NCBI GenBank assembly: GCA_039096225.1
Contig: JBBPEB010000034.1
Location: 1,240,001-1,304,000, forward strand
Origin: Blastocystis sp. Blastoise
Taxonomy: Eukaryota; Protista; Bigyra: Opalinata
Reading direction: 5' to 3'
DNA length: 64,000 nucleotides
Both the position numbers and the translations under genes were made by a program. Every line of letters begins with the position of its first letter. Position 1 is the stretch's first letter. A model generated the notes under the pieces. The model was not told the origin of the DNA and did no database searches. It saw only the letters and a list, made by a program, of their open reading frames with translations. Positions 30,398 through 48,400 of the stretch are shown here, in pieces.

Positions 30398-31073
30398 AAG
30401 CTAAACAAGCATTTTTTAAATAATAGTTACTAAAGCAAAGACACTTAAACAACACATTTGTTTTATAACAAAAAATATAAAGTTATTTATTTTATATACT
30501 CACACCTTATTCCAATATACATATTATTATAACATACTAATATACTATAATGAATGATATATTATGTCAATAGTCTCTGATGAAATATCATCATATTTTC
30601 AACATAATGATAAACAACAATGTATATAAACAATATTTTTTTTTGAAATTTCTTGTAAGTATTAAAGTTAATTATATGTAGCTATTATAGAATAAAAAAA
30701 TATATATCAACAAATAAAGTCATTAATATATTATTAGAAAGGATGTTTTTGATGAACCTTTTGGGTTATGAAAATTTTTGGCTTTTTGAAATGACTTTTA
30801 ATTTTATTTTTGAAATATAAAATAAATTAGTCTTAAAAAAGAAATTCTTTTAAGAAAATATTTTTGTAAATTATTTTTTTTGACTTTGAGCGTCATGAAT
30901 TGATTTTTTAAATATGTGCTACAATAAATATAATTTTTATAAATTTTATTAATAATGATGATTAATAAATTATTACTTAAAAAGGGTTATTTTTTATATA
31001 CTGATAACCAAACACCTATTTTTCTTATTATTTTTATTACATAGAGAGATATAGATGAAAATTTTAATATTCA

Positions 31074-31109
<36 letters not shown>

Positions 31110-33162
31110 ATAGAATAGATTCTTATCATTTTGAAATATTTATGTATATATAAGATATAAAAGAAAATTATTCTTTGTGTCTTATAAATATATTTTTTAT
31201 TATAATGTTCTAGTGTTATATATTTCAATAAATATTTATATTAAATTATAATACATAAAATCTATATATGTGTTAATATAAAATCACAATAGATCCAAAT
31301 ACTATATTTTTATTTATTATATAATGATAATATATATATATATTGTTTTATAAAATATATGTTTTAATTATATTATATATATATTTTTATTAAATGAATT
31401 TATAATTTATATTTGTATTATATGGTTTTTAATTTATATCATATTTATTATAGATTGAATTATTTTATCAATATTTAAGTATTATTGAATGAAAAATAAA
31501 AATTATTTTTTAATTATATTATATATATATATATATAAATTCATTTATTTATTTATATAATAAGCTAACTCTTTTTTTAAATGATATTTATATTTATTTA
31601 TAATCTATTTTTAAAAATTATTTATTTATTAGATATTCTATTAATAATATGAAATACGAAATATATTTAATAATAATATATTACTCTTTGAATGAGACTT
31701 TTGTATTTATTAAAATTAATTGAATTTTTTTTTATATCTTTAATGCGATATAATTATATAATTATGTGTTATTGATAAAAATGTTTTTATTATAATTAAG
31801 TGAAGTTAATAAAAAGAAGTATATTTCAATTTTAGAAAATATTAGATAATTTGATTCTATAAATTAGATATATAATATATTAATAAAAATAATTTTATTT
31901 TTTGAATATATATATTAAAAATAATAAATTCTAAATAAATTTCTGATTATATTTTATATAATAATAGTTAGTTTACATTTAATACAATGAATTTTATATA
32001 ACTATCATTATTTAATAATAAATAGTGTTATTTGTTAACGTAAAAAAAAATATATACAAATATTTATTAATTAATGAATATTTATTGTATAATAGATATT
32101 TTATTTCTTTTAATGAAAATAAATATTAATTTATGAATGATATATTTTAATTATCAAAAGTAGTATTGAGAATGATTATAAATGAGAGTTTATATTGAAT
32201 AGTAATTATAAAATTATATTTAAATACTTGAATAATATATAAAGATAAATATTATATATGAATTAATCAATTTGTGAAAAATCTGTATTGAATTGTTTAA
32301 TATTAGGAATACTCATATATAGTTAGTATTATTTTATATATAAATATATAATAGCTAATTATGATAATTATATATATATACATAATTCATTATATATGTA
32401 AATATATATTTGAATAATAGAAAAAATAGGATAGAAATTATTTAGTTTATTGTATATTTAAATAATTAAAAATATCCATATTATAAAATATTATTATTTT
32501 TTCTAGATATATAAATGAATATAATATATATATTTATATATAGAGAAGTAATAAAAAAATATTATTTGACTTTATTTCTGGTTGTATGAAATATAGAATT
32601 CATAATGAGTAATAGAATTAGTAATGAATGTTTTATAAAATTTTTTATGCTATGCATTATAATTATGTCAATTATTGCTGATATGATAGAATAATAATGA
32701 ATATAAGTATATATAGGTATATATATAAATATATTATAAAAAGTAATTTAAAAACACAAAAATCTTTTAGTAACATATAATACTTTTTGAAAAATTGATC
32801 TATTTGATAGTTTGATATGAATAGAAATAAATATTAGAATAAGTCATATGACTATTAATTGATAATATAGAATTTTTAATTAATTTAAATAATTTGTATA
32901 ATATTGACAATTAATCGCGATTATTTAATATTAATAAGATAATTATTACTTTAAGGTATTTTTATAGTCGCATTTTAGCTACAGTCACATAATTTTATAT
33001 ATATAAAATTTCTATATCAATAAATGGACACCAAAGACGACCTAGGAGTATATGATGTTATATAAGTGTTAATAAAAAGTCTATATATATAATAACACTT
33101 TTTAGAGATAATTAGTCATTTGATATTATTCAAGTGATATTCTACATATTTTTATGAAAAAT

Positions 33163-33411
33163 CATGATTATTATAGAAAGTGATTTATTCTAATAGATAA
33201 TAACAGATTTATGATTATTTACGACAGATAAAGTATAATTAAATATATTCCCGTGATTATTTATGAAAATTGATTATTTTTATAGATAATGATAGATTTA
33301 TGATTATTTATGACTTATAGAGTGATATTTGATAAATTCCCATGATTATGTTATAAAAGAAATAGTTTTAAAGACAATGATAGATTTATGATTATTTATG
33401 GGTTCGAGAGT
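33163..33411. repeat. Degenerate ~89-bp tandem repeat (about 3 units) abutting the telomere tract
   Basis: CRTGATTAT starts at 33163, 33252 and 33341; AGATTTATGATTATTTA occurs in each unit. Confidence 0.75.
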
Positions 33412-33503
33412 GGGTTAGGGTTAGGGTTAGGGTTAGGGTTAGGGTAGGGGGGGGTGGGGGGGGTTGGGTGGGGGGTTGTGGTGGTGGTGGGTGGGTGGGG
33501 GGG
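33412..33503 (+). repeat. Interstitial telomeric tract (GGGTTA)n degrading into G-rich sequence
   Basis: About 5 clean GGGTTA units, then G/T-rich noise typical of miscalled telomere repeats. Confidence 0.9.
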
Positions 33504-34245
33504 AAAAAAAAGAGAGTATGTTATAAAATGTTATAATATTTTTTAATATTATAAATATAATTGGGGATAGAAAAGGATATAATTGATTTAATTGGTAGTC
33601 TAGAATTTGAAAGTAAGTATAGTTTGAGTAGTAAGGGATATTTTTGAATAAATTAATTGGGTATTGTAGAATTGTGAAAATAAAATAATTGGATAATAAA
33701 AGATATATTAAATATAATTGGTAGTCTAGAATTTAGATTTCTGGAATCTAGGATTTTAGAATTGTAGAGTATAAAATATAAGATAATGAATTTGATTGGT
33801 AGTCTAGGATTCTAGATTTAGATTCTGGGAGTGTGGGTGGGGGATTGTTTTTGTTGGGTTGTTTAAAATCCTAGAATCGTAGACTCTACGATTATGGGGG
33901 TGGGGGTGATAAAATAAAAAGGAAGAAATAAAAAAAAAGTCAAAAAAATGGTTTGTGGGGGGGGGGGTTGGTTGTTTTGAGTGGTTTTTTTTTTTTTTTT
34001 TTTTTGTTTGTTTTTTGTGTTTTTGTTTTTAAATTATAATGGTAATTCTTTTATTTTTATTTATTTAATGAATTCTATATATTTATTTTTATTTTTATAA
34101 TGAAATATTATTTATATTAAATAATAAATAGACGCCATTCTTGGGTTGGGTTTGAATGTGTGGGTATTTATAGTGTTAGGGTTCTTGTGGTTTGTTTTAA
34201 TGTGGTGTTTTTTATGGGTTTGTGTGGGTTTCTGCGGTTGGAAGG
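33504..34245. repeat. Short truncated, noisy copy of the unit's left-end module
   Basis: Shares GAGAGTATGTTATAAAATGTTATAATATT, ATTGGTAGTCTAGA and AATAGACGCCATTCTTGG with 35101-36050. Confidence 0.75.
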
Positions 34246-34289
34246 GGTGTGGGGGTTGGGGTGGGGGGGGGGTGGGGGGGGGTGGGGGT

Positions 34290-34355
<66 letters not shown>

Positions 34356-34422
34356 GGGGTGGTTAGGGTTAGGGTTAGGGTTAGGGTTAGGGTTAGGGTT
34401 AGGGTTAGGGTTAGGGTTAGGG
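34246..34422 (+). repeat. Interstitial telomeric tract: poly-G followed by (TTAGGG)10
   Basis: Clean TTAGGG array at 34363-34422, preceded by G homopolymer. Confidence 0.9.
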
Positions 34423-35100
34423 AAAAAAAAATATATATTGAGAGTATGTTATAAAATGTTATAATATTTTTTAATATTATAAATATAATTGGATAAAAAA
34501 GGATATAATTGATTTAATTGGTAGTCTAGAATTCTAGAATTCTAGAATTTAGGATTGTAGAATTGTAGAGTGAAATAAACCAATAAAATGAATTAAAAAA
34601 AAAAAAAAAAAAATATATTAAGGTGAGAAAAAATAAATAAAATAATAAAAAAAAAAAAAAATTTTATAAAAAAAATTATTTTTAAAAAAAAATAATTTTA
34701 ATAATAAAAAAATAATATAAAAAATATAATAATAAAAATATAATATAATTGTATAATATAAGATATATAAAATAAATAATATATAATTATAAAAATATAT
34801 TATAATAGTAAATTTTAAAAGAGTAGAGTCTAGAAGTGAAGAAAAATGATATAAAGAGTATAAAAAATGAAATAAAAAAAAAAAAAATAAAAAAATTAAA
34901 ATATTAAAAAAATATAAAATTATAAATTAATGAATTTAATATAAATTTAAATAATGAAAGATTATTTATATTAAATAATAAATAGACGCATTCTTGGTGG
35001 GTTTGAATGTGTAGCTATTATGGTGTAGGATACTGGTGAAAATGGATTATTCAGCATGAGAATTACTAGGAGGGGGGGGGGGGGGGGGGGGGGGGGGTTA
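34423..35100. repeat. Second short truncated, noisy copy of the left-end module, ending in a G-rich/telomeric tract (35069-35100)
   Basis: Same start (A-run, ATATATATTGAGAGTATG) and same end landmarks (AATAGACGC..GAATTACTA) as the clean module. Confidence 0.75.
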
Positions 35101-35189
35101 AAAAAAAAAAAATATATACTGAGAGTATGTTATAAAATGTTATAATATTTTTTAATATTATAAATATAATTGGATAAAAAAAGATATTA

Positions 35190-35780
35190 TTGATTTAATT
35201 GGTAGTCTAGAATCGTAGAATCGTAGAGTCTACGATTGTATGATTGTAGGATTAAATAAACCAATAGAATAAGTTTAAAAAAAAATCAACCAAAATAGTA
35301 TTAGGGTAAAAAAGTGAACCAAAATAGTATTAGGGTAAAAAAATGATAGAATAAAGTGGTAATGTTTTAAAAGAAGGGTTCTCAAAATTTTATTAGGGTG
35401 AAAATAATTAATTTAATTGGTTAAAAAAATAAAATAAAATAATTGGGTATTGTAGAATTGAAAAAAGAAGAAAATAATTGGATAAAAAAAGATTTATCCA
35501 ATAAAAATAGAGTTTTTCATTTCTACAATCATAGAATCGTAGACTCTACGATTCTACGATTGTAGAATATAAGATAATGAATTTGATTGGTAGTCTACAA
35601 TCGTAGAGTCTACGATTCTACGATTGTAGGATTGTAGGAAAATGAATTTGATTGGCTGTCTACAATCGTAGAATCGTAGAGTCTACGATTCTACGATTGT
35701 AGGATGAAATAAGCCAATAGAATGAATTAAAATAAAAAAGTCAACCAAAATGTTATTAGGGTAAAAAAGTGGTTGACCTT
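35190..35780. promoter_or_regulatory. Cis-module: four octamer-built palindromes, multiple CCAAT/ATTGG boxes and four single TTAGGGT sites
   Basis: Palindrome centres at 35228(G), 35544(C), 35608(G) and 35681(G). Perfect 21-bp arms CTACAATCGTAGAATCGTAGA-G-TCTACGATTCTACGATTGTAG at 35660-35702. TTAGGG at 35301, 35330, 35393 and 35756. Function unknown. Confidence 0.6.
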
Positions 35781-37817
35781 TTTGAGAGGCTTTTTTATTT
35801 TGCTTTATTTTTTTTGTTTATTTTTTAAATTATAATGGTAATTCTTTTATTTTTATTTATTTAATGAATTCAATATATTTATTTTTATTTTTATAATGAA
35901 ATATTATTTATATTAAATAATAAATAGACGCCATTCTTGGCTTGGGTTTGAATGTGTAGCTATTTATAGTGTTAGGATACCTGTGGTCTGTTGAAATATG
36001 GTGCTATTCATGGATCTGTTTGAATTACTACGTTTGAAAAGGTTTAAGGTAAGAATGGGAAGATTTTAATTATGGTATATATTTTATTTTTATATTATAT
36101 CATACTATATTATTGATTGTCTTATTATATAGTTGAAAGTGATGTTTATGAATGAAAATTCATAACATCACTTTTTCCCATTGTCTTTGTAGTGTTGGTT
36201 TTGGTACTTATGATGATAAACTATGTTCTACGATGATTTTGGATCATTTATGTTGTCTTAGTATCATTGGAATACTTTTTAAGGTATATATTATATTAGA
36301 CAATTGTGGTGATTATGTATAAATATTTTATATTATATAGTTATTTTTATATAGAAAGTATATATAGGATGAGTTGAGTGTGTTTAATGAAGTATTAAGT
36401 CTTTTTTGTAAGTATTAGGTATAGAAATTATTAAAATAGGTAAAAAAAATTATAACAAAAATTCAAAAATTTCTAAACTATTCTTTCAACTAGAGGGTGT
36501 TTCACCCATCAAATAGGTATATATTATTTATTTTATTCTATATTATTATTATATAGGTTGTGCGTGTGTTGGATATATATATAATATATAATATAAATAA
36601 AAAATACATAATAAAAAAAGAAAAATTGATTGAATATCATTTTTATTTTTTATTTTAAAATTTAATTTTTTAATATGTTTATATAATTATTATAATATAA
36701 TATGAATACAATCAATGTGAATTAACATATAGATACTATTTAAATAAATAAAAGTTTTGTTTAAAGACATTTTGTAAAAAACTATGAATTCACTCATGTT
36801 GACTTAAATAAACAAAAATAACTTTTATGAAGTTATTATAGACTAATAAACATATGTGTATGATAATAACTTGTTTTAAAAACAAAATAGTTTAATAATG
36901 TTAAGAATTGTGTGTATAAAAGAATACTTGAAAAATGATTATAATAAAATATTGATAATTAAGTCATAAAGTAATTAAATAAGTGAATCATGAACAGTTT
37001 GAAGATAGTTGAAGGAGAGACTTTGACATGATTTGTTTTAAATATTTTATAAAAACATGTTAAATGAATTTATAAAGTGATTATTAATAAGAATTAAACA
37101 TAATAATAACTTTAAGAAAATAATTAATAAGAATGAGAAGATAATGTTTTAGTAAAGTATAAAATAAAAAATATATATGATGACTAGAGATGATAATGAG
37201 TATAAAAATGAATAAATAATGAATATTAAGAGTATCTAAATAATAAATAAATAAAAAGAAGAAGTTTGAAAAGATAGATAAAGTTCTTAGTATAATTTTT
37301 CTTTTTATTCTCATTTTATTATTTTTAAATAACATATATTATTCTTTTGAATTAAAATTGATACTATTCATTGAATAATAGTCTATAGTATACACTAGTA
37401 TGACTAAAAGTTGAAAAATAGAATAAAATATTTTTTAAGAATGGATGAATTGTGTGTAAACATAGTTGTTTAGAATGCTTATATAAGTTTAATATGTTAT
37501 AATGAATATTTATAATTGAAAAAAGATAATAAATTAACATATTTTATATAAAAATGTTTTAATTACTGGTGCTGAAGTGTTGATATAAACATATTAAGAT
37601 GATATTTGTCATGAGAATTGAAAATAAAGGTAGAAAAGAAAGAAATATTAATTAGAAGACTATATTACTATTTGAAAATTTTTTAATTTTTGTAAATACA
37701 AAGAGATTTCTTGATGATTAAATAATTGAAGATAACTATATATATTACATAATTGATTAGATAAACATTTGAATTCTATATATATAGAATAATAATTATA
37801 AATTAAAAGAATAGAAT

Positions 37818-37888
37818 AATTTAAGTCAGGAATCGAACCTGATATATATATAATATTTATATATTCTATCCATTTATAGAAATTAAAT
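37818..37888 (-). ncRNA. tRNA-like cloverleaf 1 (non-canonical; nominal anticodon AAT)
   Basis: ATTTAAT-TT-CTAT AAATGG ATAG-A-ATATA TAAATAT TATAT-ATATA-TCAGG TTCGATT CCTGA-CTTAAAT-T; 71 nt with B-box GGTTCGATTCC. Lacks U33 and has one acceptor mismatch. Confidence 0.5.
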
Positions 37889-37996
37889 ATTAAAATAATA
37901 ATATATTTTAATATATTGAATTCATCTTCTATATATATATATATAATATAATTATAATATAAAAATTAATTATAAAAAGAATATAATAAAATAAAA

Positions 37997-38060
37997 TATT
38001 TAAGCCAGGATTTGAACCTGTATATATATATATATATCCATCCATTATGGAGCTTAAATA
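37997..38060 (-). ncRNA. tRNA-like fold 2 with (TA)8 in place of the anticodon arm
   Basis: TATTTAAGC-TCCAT AATGG ATGGA-(TA)8-CAGG TTCAAAT CCTG-GCTTAAATA followed by TTTT, a Pol III terminator-like run. Confidence 0.5.
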
Positions 38061-38149
38061 CGATAAACAAAAGTAATTATAAGTATATATGAATAGAAAA
38101 TAAATATATATATATATAAAATTATAGAAAAACACAATAAAAGTTACAA

Positions 38150-39110
38150 GAAAGGAATACCAATGTGAAAGAAAAAAAAAAGGGAAATATTAGAATAAAA
38201 AAAGATTATGTATAAATATATATATATATATATATACGAAAGCAACAAAGCTATTAATACACCAAGAGAACAAAATACATAAAAAATAAAATATATATTA
38301 TATAAAATAGTTAATAAAAATAATATAAAATAGTATAATAAACCACATAAATATGTAAATATAAAAAATAAATATATAATAGATAAAGACAAATATAATA
38401 AAAAAAAAAATAAAAATATAATATATATATTTACATAAGATACCTAAAATTGTAACCCAATTCATCTCAAATAACATTACAAGACTATAAACAAGACAAA
38501 GAATCCAAATAGAAGCAAAAGAAGAAAAATATCAAGCACAATGGAGACGATGATCATCTCTTTGATAACAAAAACTATATAGAAATAATATATATAGATA
38601 AATAAGATAATAATAAATATGTATATATTAATTTAAAAGTAAATAAAAGATTAAAAAGAATAAAAAAAAAGAAAAAATAAATAAATAAAAATATACAGGA
38701 AAAAGGATATTTTTGAAAAAGGAAGAGATCATTTGAGTAGAATAAAAAGTAGCAAAAGGACACCATACCAGTTTGAAGACGATCAGTAAAAGAAAAAAAG
38801 AAAAAAAGGAAAAAAACAAACCCATCATGGGTGAATTAACTCTTAGGCTATATAAAATAATAATAAAATGAATAGAATAAATAAATAAATACCTTGTAGA
38901 TTGTTTGAACACATTAAAACCAACAAGAAAGGAAACCAACACAGAGATCACCAATCAGGTAACACCAAGACTTCCTAAATAAATATATAATATTAAATAG
39001 ATAAATAATATAGAATATATACCATTTTAAGCACTTTTTGAAGAACAGCAAAAGGAATGGAGATTTTGAAGAATGGAGAGACTACAAGACCTAAGAATGA
39101 GACAGCTAGG
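38150..39110 (-). pseudogene. Decayed multi-exon gene for a hydrophobic (membrane) protein
   Basis: Spliceable fragments GSLGVT*LVISVLVSFLVGFNVFKQST / LRVNSPMMGLFFSFF.. / FVIKEMIIVSIVLDIFFFCFY contain in-frame stops. Confidence 0.45.
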
Positions 39111-39987
39111 AGATATAGAGATGATAAATAGATAACATACATAATTAATTAAAAAGATAAAGTTTTGATAAATATATAAGATAGATAAATAATGAAATTT
39201 GAAATTGTTTTTAGTGAAGACAAAAGAAAAGTGTCATTATAAATAAGAATCACGATTTCATGAATGGATCTCGTTATAATTTGAATAAATTTTATGTTTT
39301 TTTTAAAACTTGTTTTTTAAAAATAGTTTTTCTTTAGATAATGTGTTGTTTTAAATATAAATGTGTTTTTGAATGTTTATAATAACTCAAGATGTAAACA
39401 TTATTAGTAAATTTATTTTATTGAATTATTTTATAGATAAAAAAATAGTGATCCGTGACAAAAAGCTTTAATAAAGAGTATTTAGCATATATTATAGACT
39501 TATAAAGCAATTCAAGATGAAAATGAGTTCAAATATTGTTTAATTATTGATATTAAGAGATAAAAAGGTGATGTTTATAATTGTATTTCAAATGAGTTTA
39601 TTGAGTTTATATTGAGTTGATAGAGCTTATGCTTGATAGAATAGAGTTGATTTAGATTTATTTATTATTAAACAGTGAATGGATTGACAATGTTAACTTT
39701 TTATTGATTAAATGATTATAAATTGTGTTTAAAATAGTATATAGAGATAAAAAAATAAAAAAATAATTTATATTATAATGATATTTATAAAAGAATATTA
39801 AAAATGTAAAACACAGATCGTTGTTTTATTCGTTTACGGTAAAAGTTAAATGAATCCGTATAATTTTATTTTAATTCTTGAAATATAGAAAAAATTGACA
39901 CTTGGTCTTTGATTTATTTTTTTTTTAAGTTATGTGTTGCTGTGATGCTTTATTCAGATTGAATATATTAAATTCAATAAATAAACA

Positions 39988-44230
<4,243 letters not shown>

Positions 44231-44391
44231 CTTTTTGATATGTATATATAATTTTCATTTATATTTCTTGTAAATTATTTTATAATTATATTGTATATAT
44301 GTATATTTATTTAAAGTCAACAAAAAAGAATACATAAGAAATAGTAATTATAAATATATTTATTAAAAATATCATATATACATAAAATAAT

Positions 44392-44739
44392 TTATTTTTC
44401 TTTATTTAGGTGATATAAGAAGAATTTATTAACGTTTAATTGTTCAGAATCTAAATCTATATTATCATAATCAAAATTTCTATATATATATAAAAGTTAT
44501 TATTGTATATATATATATATATACAAGTTTCTAATATGTTTTATATTTTTTTGAAACATATTATATTCTTTGATAAATTGTTTAATCATTCCAAATATAA
44601 GAATTGCATTGTTATTATCATAAGATTTATCACACTTTATATATAATATTTTTTTATTATATATATATATATATAAGTATATATATATATATACTTTTTT
44701 ATATTGAACAATAATTTTTGATGTATTAGTTTTAAATAA

Positions 44740-44775
<36 letters not shown>

Positions 44776-45103
44776 TAGATAGATAATTCTATTAAAATAA
44801 TTAAATATACTTTTTGATTTGATTAATTATTTGATTGAGATATTTATCATTTCCATCTTCAATATCAAAGAAATTGTATATATTAATTGTAAGTGTTTTC
44901 TTTTTATCACCATTTGTCAGTTTATTAATTATTAAATAATATCTATCTTTATTTCTATAATAATAATAATAATAATATATATATATATAGATGAATACTT
45001 TAAATAGATTGTAAATATAAAAAATATTGGTGAATTGGAATTAAAATGAAATTGAATTTCATAAGATATATTATATAGCTATATATATATGAATAATAAA
45101 GGG

Positions 45104-45140
<37 letters not shown>

Positions 45141-45367
45141 AGAATCATTAATAAAATCATTATAATTATAGTAGTTATGAATGAATAAATTTATATTATT
45201 GGTTGTTACAATTTTGTTATAAACATTTAAATATAAATATAAATCAAATAATTCACTTGGAAAAGATCCTTCATGTAAGAATGTATACTATATATATTAT
45301 ATTATATTATATTATATTATATTATATTATATACATATTGTTTTTCATTAACTATTATCTCATTTTA

Positions 45368-45423
<56 letters not shown>

Positions 45424-48400
45424 TATATTATATAATACTAATTAGATTATATGTTTGTTTATTATTTATTTGTATAGGATCATTTTCATATTGACTATTT
45501 TGACTATTATTATAACAACTAGCTGTATATATATATATATAAATATTATATTATTATATTATATACATTATATATATATATATTATATTATATTATATTA
45601 TATATATATATACAAATATTAATATTATCATTTGAATAATTTATAGATAAATTTGATGATTGATTATGAATTTCTTTGCTTATATCATTATTTTCAGATA
45701 ATGAAGTATAATCATATACATCAGTAGGTATTATATTATCAGCATTAATATTATCAATATTATATTTAATAGATGATTGTATATTAGAATTATTAGCTGA
45801 AATTATATTAGCTGAAGATTGGTTATTATTTTGAATAACTTTAGATGCATATTCATTAGTATTTTGAAGTTTTTGGAAAGAAATATTATTACTATTACTA
45901 ATTATTGGATTAGCCAAATTATTATTGATATTATTTAATAAGATATTAGGAGATGAAGAAATTATATTATCATTACTACTAATTATTGGATTTAATGAAT
46001 TATTGTAATTGATTGATGAATTAAGATAGTTATTATTATTTATTAATGGATTTGAAGAACTGTTATGATTAATGAATGAATTAGAAGAATTATTATTATT
46101 TTGATTATTAATATTGATTGATGAATTAAGATAATTATTATTATTGATTGATGAATTAAGATTGTTGTTATTATTGATTGATGAACTAAGATAATTGATA
46201 TTATTGATTGATGGATTAGAAGAATTGTTATAATTGATTGATGTACTAGATAAATTATGATTATTATTTACTATTGGATTAGATAAATTATGATTATTAT
46301 TTGATATTGGATAAGAAGAATTGTTACAATTGATTGATGTATTAGATAAATTATGATTATTATTTGATATTGGATAAGAAGAATTGTTATAATTGATTGA
46401 TGTATTAGATAAATTATGATTATTAGTTGATATTGGATAAGAAGATATTGTTATAATTGATTGATGTATTAGATAAATTATGATTATTATTTACTATTGG
46501 ATTAGATAAATTATGATTATTATTTGATATTGGATAAGAAGAATTATTAATGAATGAATTAGAAGAATTATTATTATTTTGATTATTATTGTTGATTAAT
46601 GGATTAGATAAATTATTTATTATTTGCTTAGAAGAATTATCATTGATAGAATTATCACTATTGGAAATGATAGAAATATTAAACTGATTAATATCTTCAA
46701 CAGAATTATGAATACTTGGAATTGGAGAATAATAATTATTTAATATATTATTATTATTTAGATTATATTGATTATTTAATGAATCATTTATACTATAATT
46801 ATTATCATTGTTATTAGAATTAAATGAAGGAAGAAGAAGAGGAGAAATAAGTTCTATACTTTTTTTATTTTCATCATCATTCATACTATTGAACTTTATA
46901 ATGGGAGATATAATTATAGGAGATATTTGTTGATCTGATAATTTAATATATTTATTTTCATTGTTACAATTATTTATTTTAGCACTATCTTTTGATTCCA
47001 TCTATGGGATATATATGATAATATGAATATACATGAATAATATGAATATGAATATATATGGATAATATGAATATGAATATGAATATGAATATGAATATGA
47101 ATATGAATACATATGGATAATATGAATATACATGAATAATATGAATATGAATATATATGGATAATATGAATATGAATATGAATATGAATATATATGAATA
47201 TGAATATATATGGATAATATGAATATGAATATGAATATGAATATATATGAATATGAATATATATGGATAATATGAATATACATGAATAATATAAATAATA
47301 TCGATAATAAAAATAATATGGATAATATTGATAATATGAATACTTTAGATGATATATCTTCTTTTGATTCAATATAACGATTTATATCATAATTGAATGT
47401 ACACTTTCTAACCAGTAATTCATATGAGCAAGTTCTATATATATATATATATATATATATAGATATCTACATACTAGAGCTTCATGAATGGTTATTAGGT
47501 TACCATCAATATCTCTTTCTGGGACAAAATAATTCATTTCTTTAGCGAATTGTTTATCCAGGACATAATCAATGAATACTTTTATACCAAGCTCAGAAGT
47601 ACATAAATCATTTAATTTAAAATCATTATTATTATATATAGTTTTATATTTTATATTTAGATTATAGTATTTGTCATGAACATCATTTGTATGATGGCAA
47701 CTTCTGATGAAACTTTGGCAATAAAGAGGATTAACACAATTTGTTCTTCCAAACCAAGTGGCAAAACAATGTCTATAGGAATAACCTGAGTGATCTTTAG
47801 GTATGTTACTAAATAATTTTTTTAATTGATGTTTACAACTATATAGGTATATAAGTTAATATATATATATATATATATATATAGATTTAGATAAATATAT
47901 ATATATAGGTATACATAGTGGGATAGGTACTATATGTGAATTGGGATGCTACATAATTACTATTAGTATTTGGTTTTCGTATATATAGGAATAAATTTGT
48001 TGTATATTCAATATCATTATCTTTTAAATATTCACATATTTGATTTCTTATAATTATATATTTATCATATATCTTTTGAAATTTTTCGCATAAAATATAT
48101 ATATCAGGAAATTTTTTGCCGTCAGAATAAGGAATATTTCCATTCTTAGATCCTGTATGTATTATATATATATATTCTTTTTTAGTATTTTCATTTCTAT
48201 ATTTCTTTAGGTTTTCAAATAATTTCAAATTATATATATCATTATTTCTAAGTGGACAGCCTGTGCAAGTCTGAAGGAGATACATCATAAGAATCGTAAT
48301 AGTATGAAATTTTTTTATATATATATCATTAATATTTTTCTTATTATTAATTTCTTCTATATATATATTAATTTTTTCAAATAATGTTCTAATTATATTG

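Larger units (their letters stand above)
16400..33411. mobile_element. Proximal (copy 1) subtelomeric unit carrying the tyrosine-recombinase gene; left part diverged, right end capped by (TTAGGG)n
   Basis: Colinear with ~41100-55257 (offset ~24.5 kb). Visibly diverged over 16.4-19.6 kb and near-identical over ~21-30.68 kb. It has 2.7 kb of extra sequence (30683-33411) before the telomere tract. The left boundary is approximate. Confidence 0.6.

Noticed and set aside
30570-30610. CTGATGA..GAAA suggesting a hammerhead ribozyme as in Penelope/Terminon elements
   Set aside because: No stem II between CTGATGA and GAAA and no convincing flanking helices.
34146-34464. Gly-rich / VRVRVR / LGLGLG ORFs
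   Set aside because: These are translations of poly-G and (TTAGGG)n. The poly-G itself is probably a base-calling artefact of telomere repeats.
37997-38060. Functional tRNA-Sec
   Set aside because: A 9/4 fold is possible, but there is no TCA anticodon loop or long variable arm. Kept only as tRNA-like.
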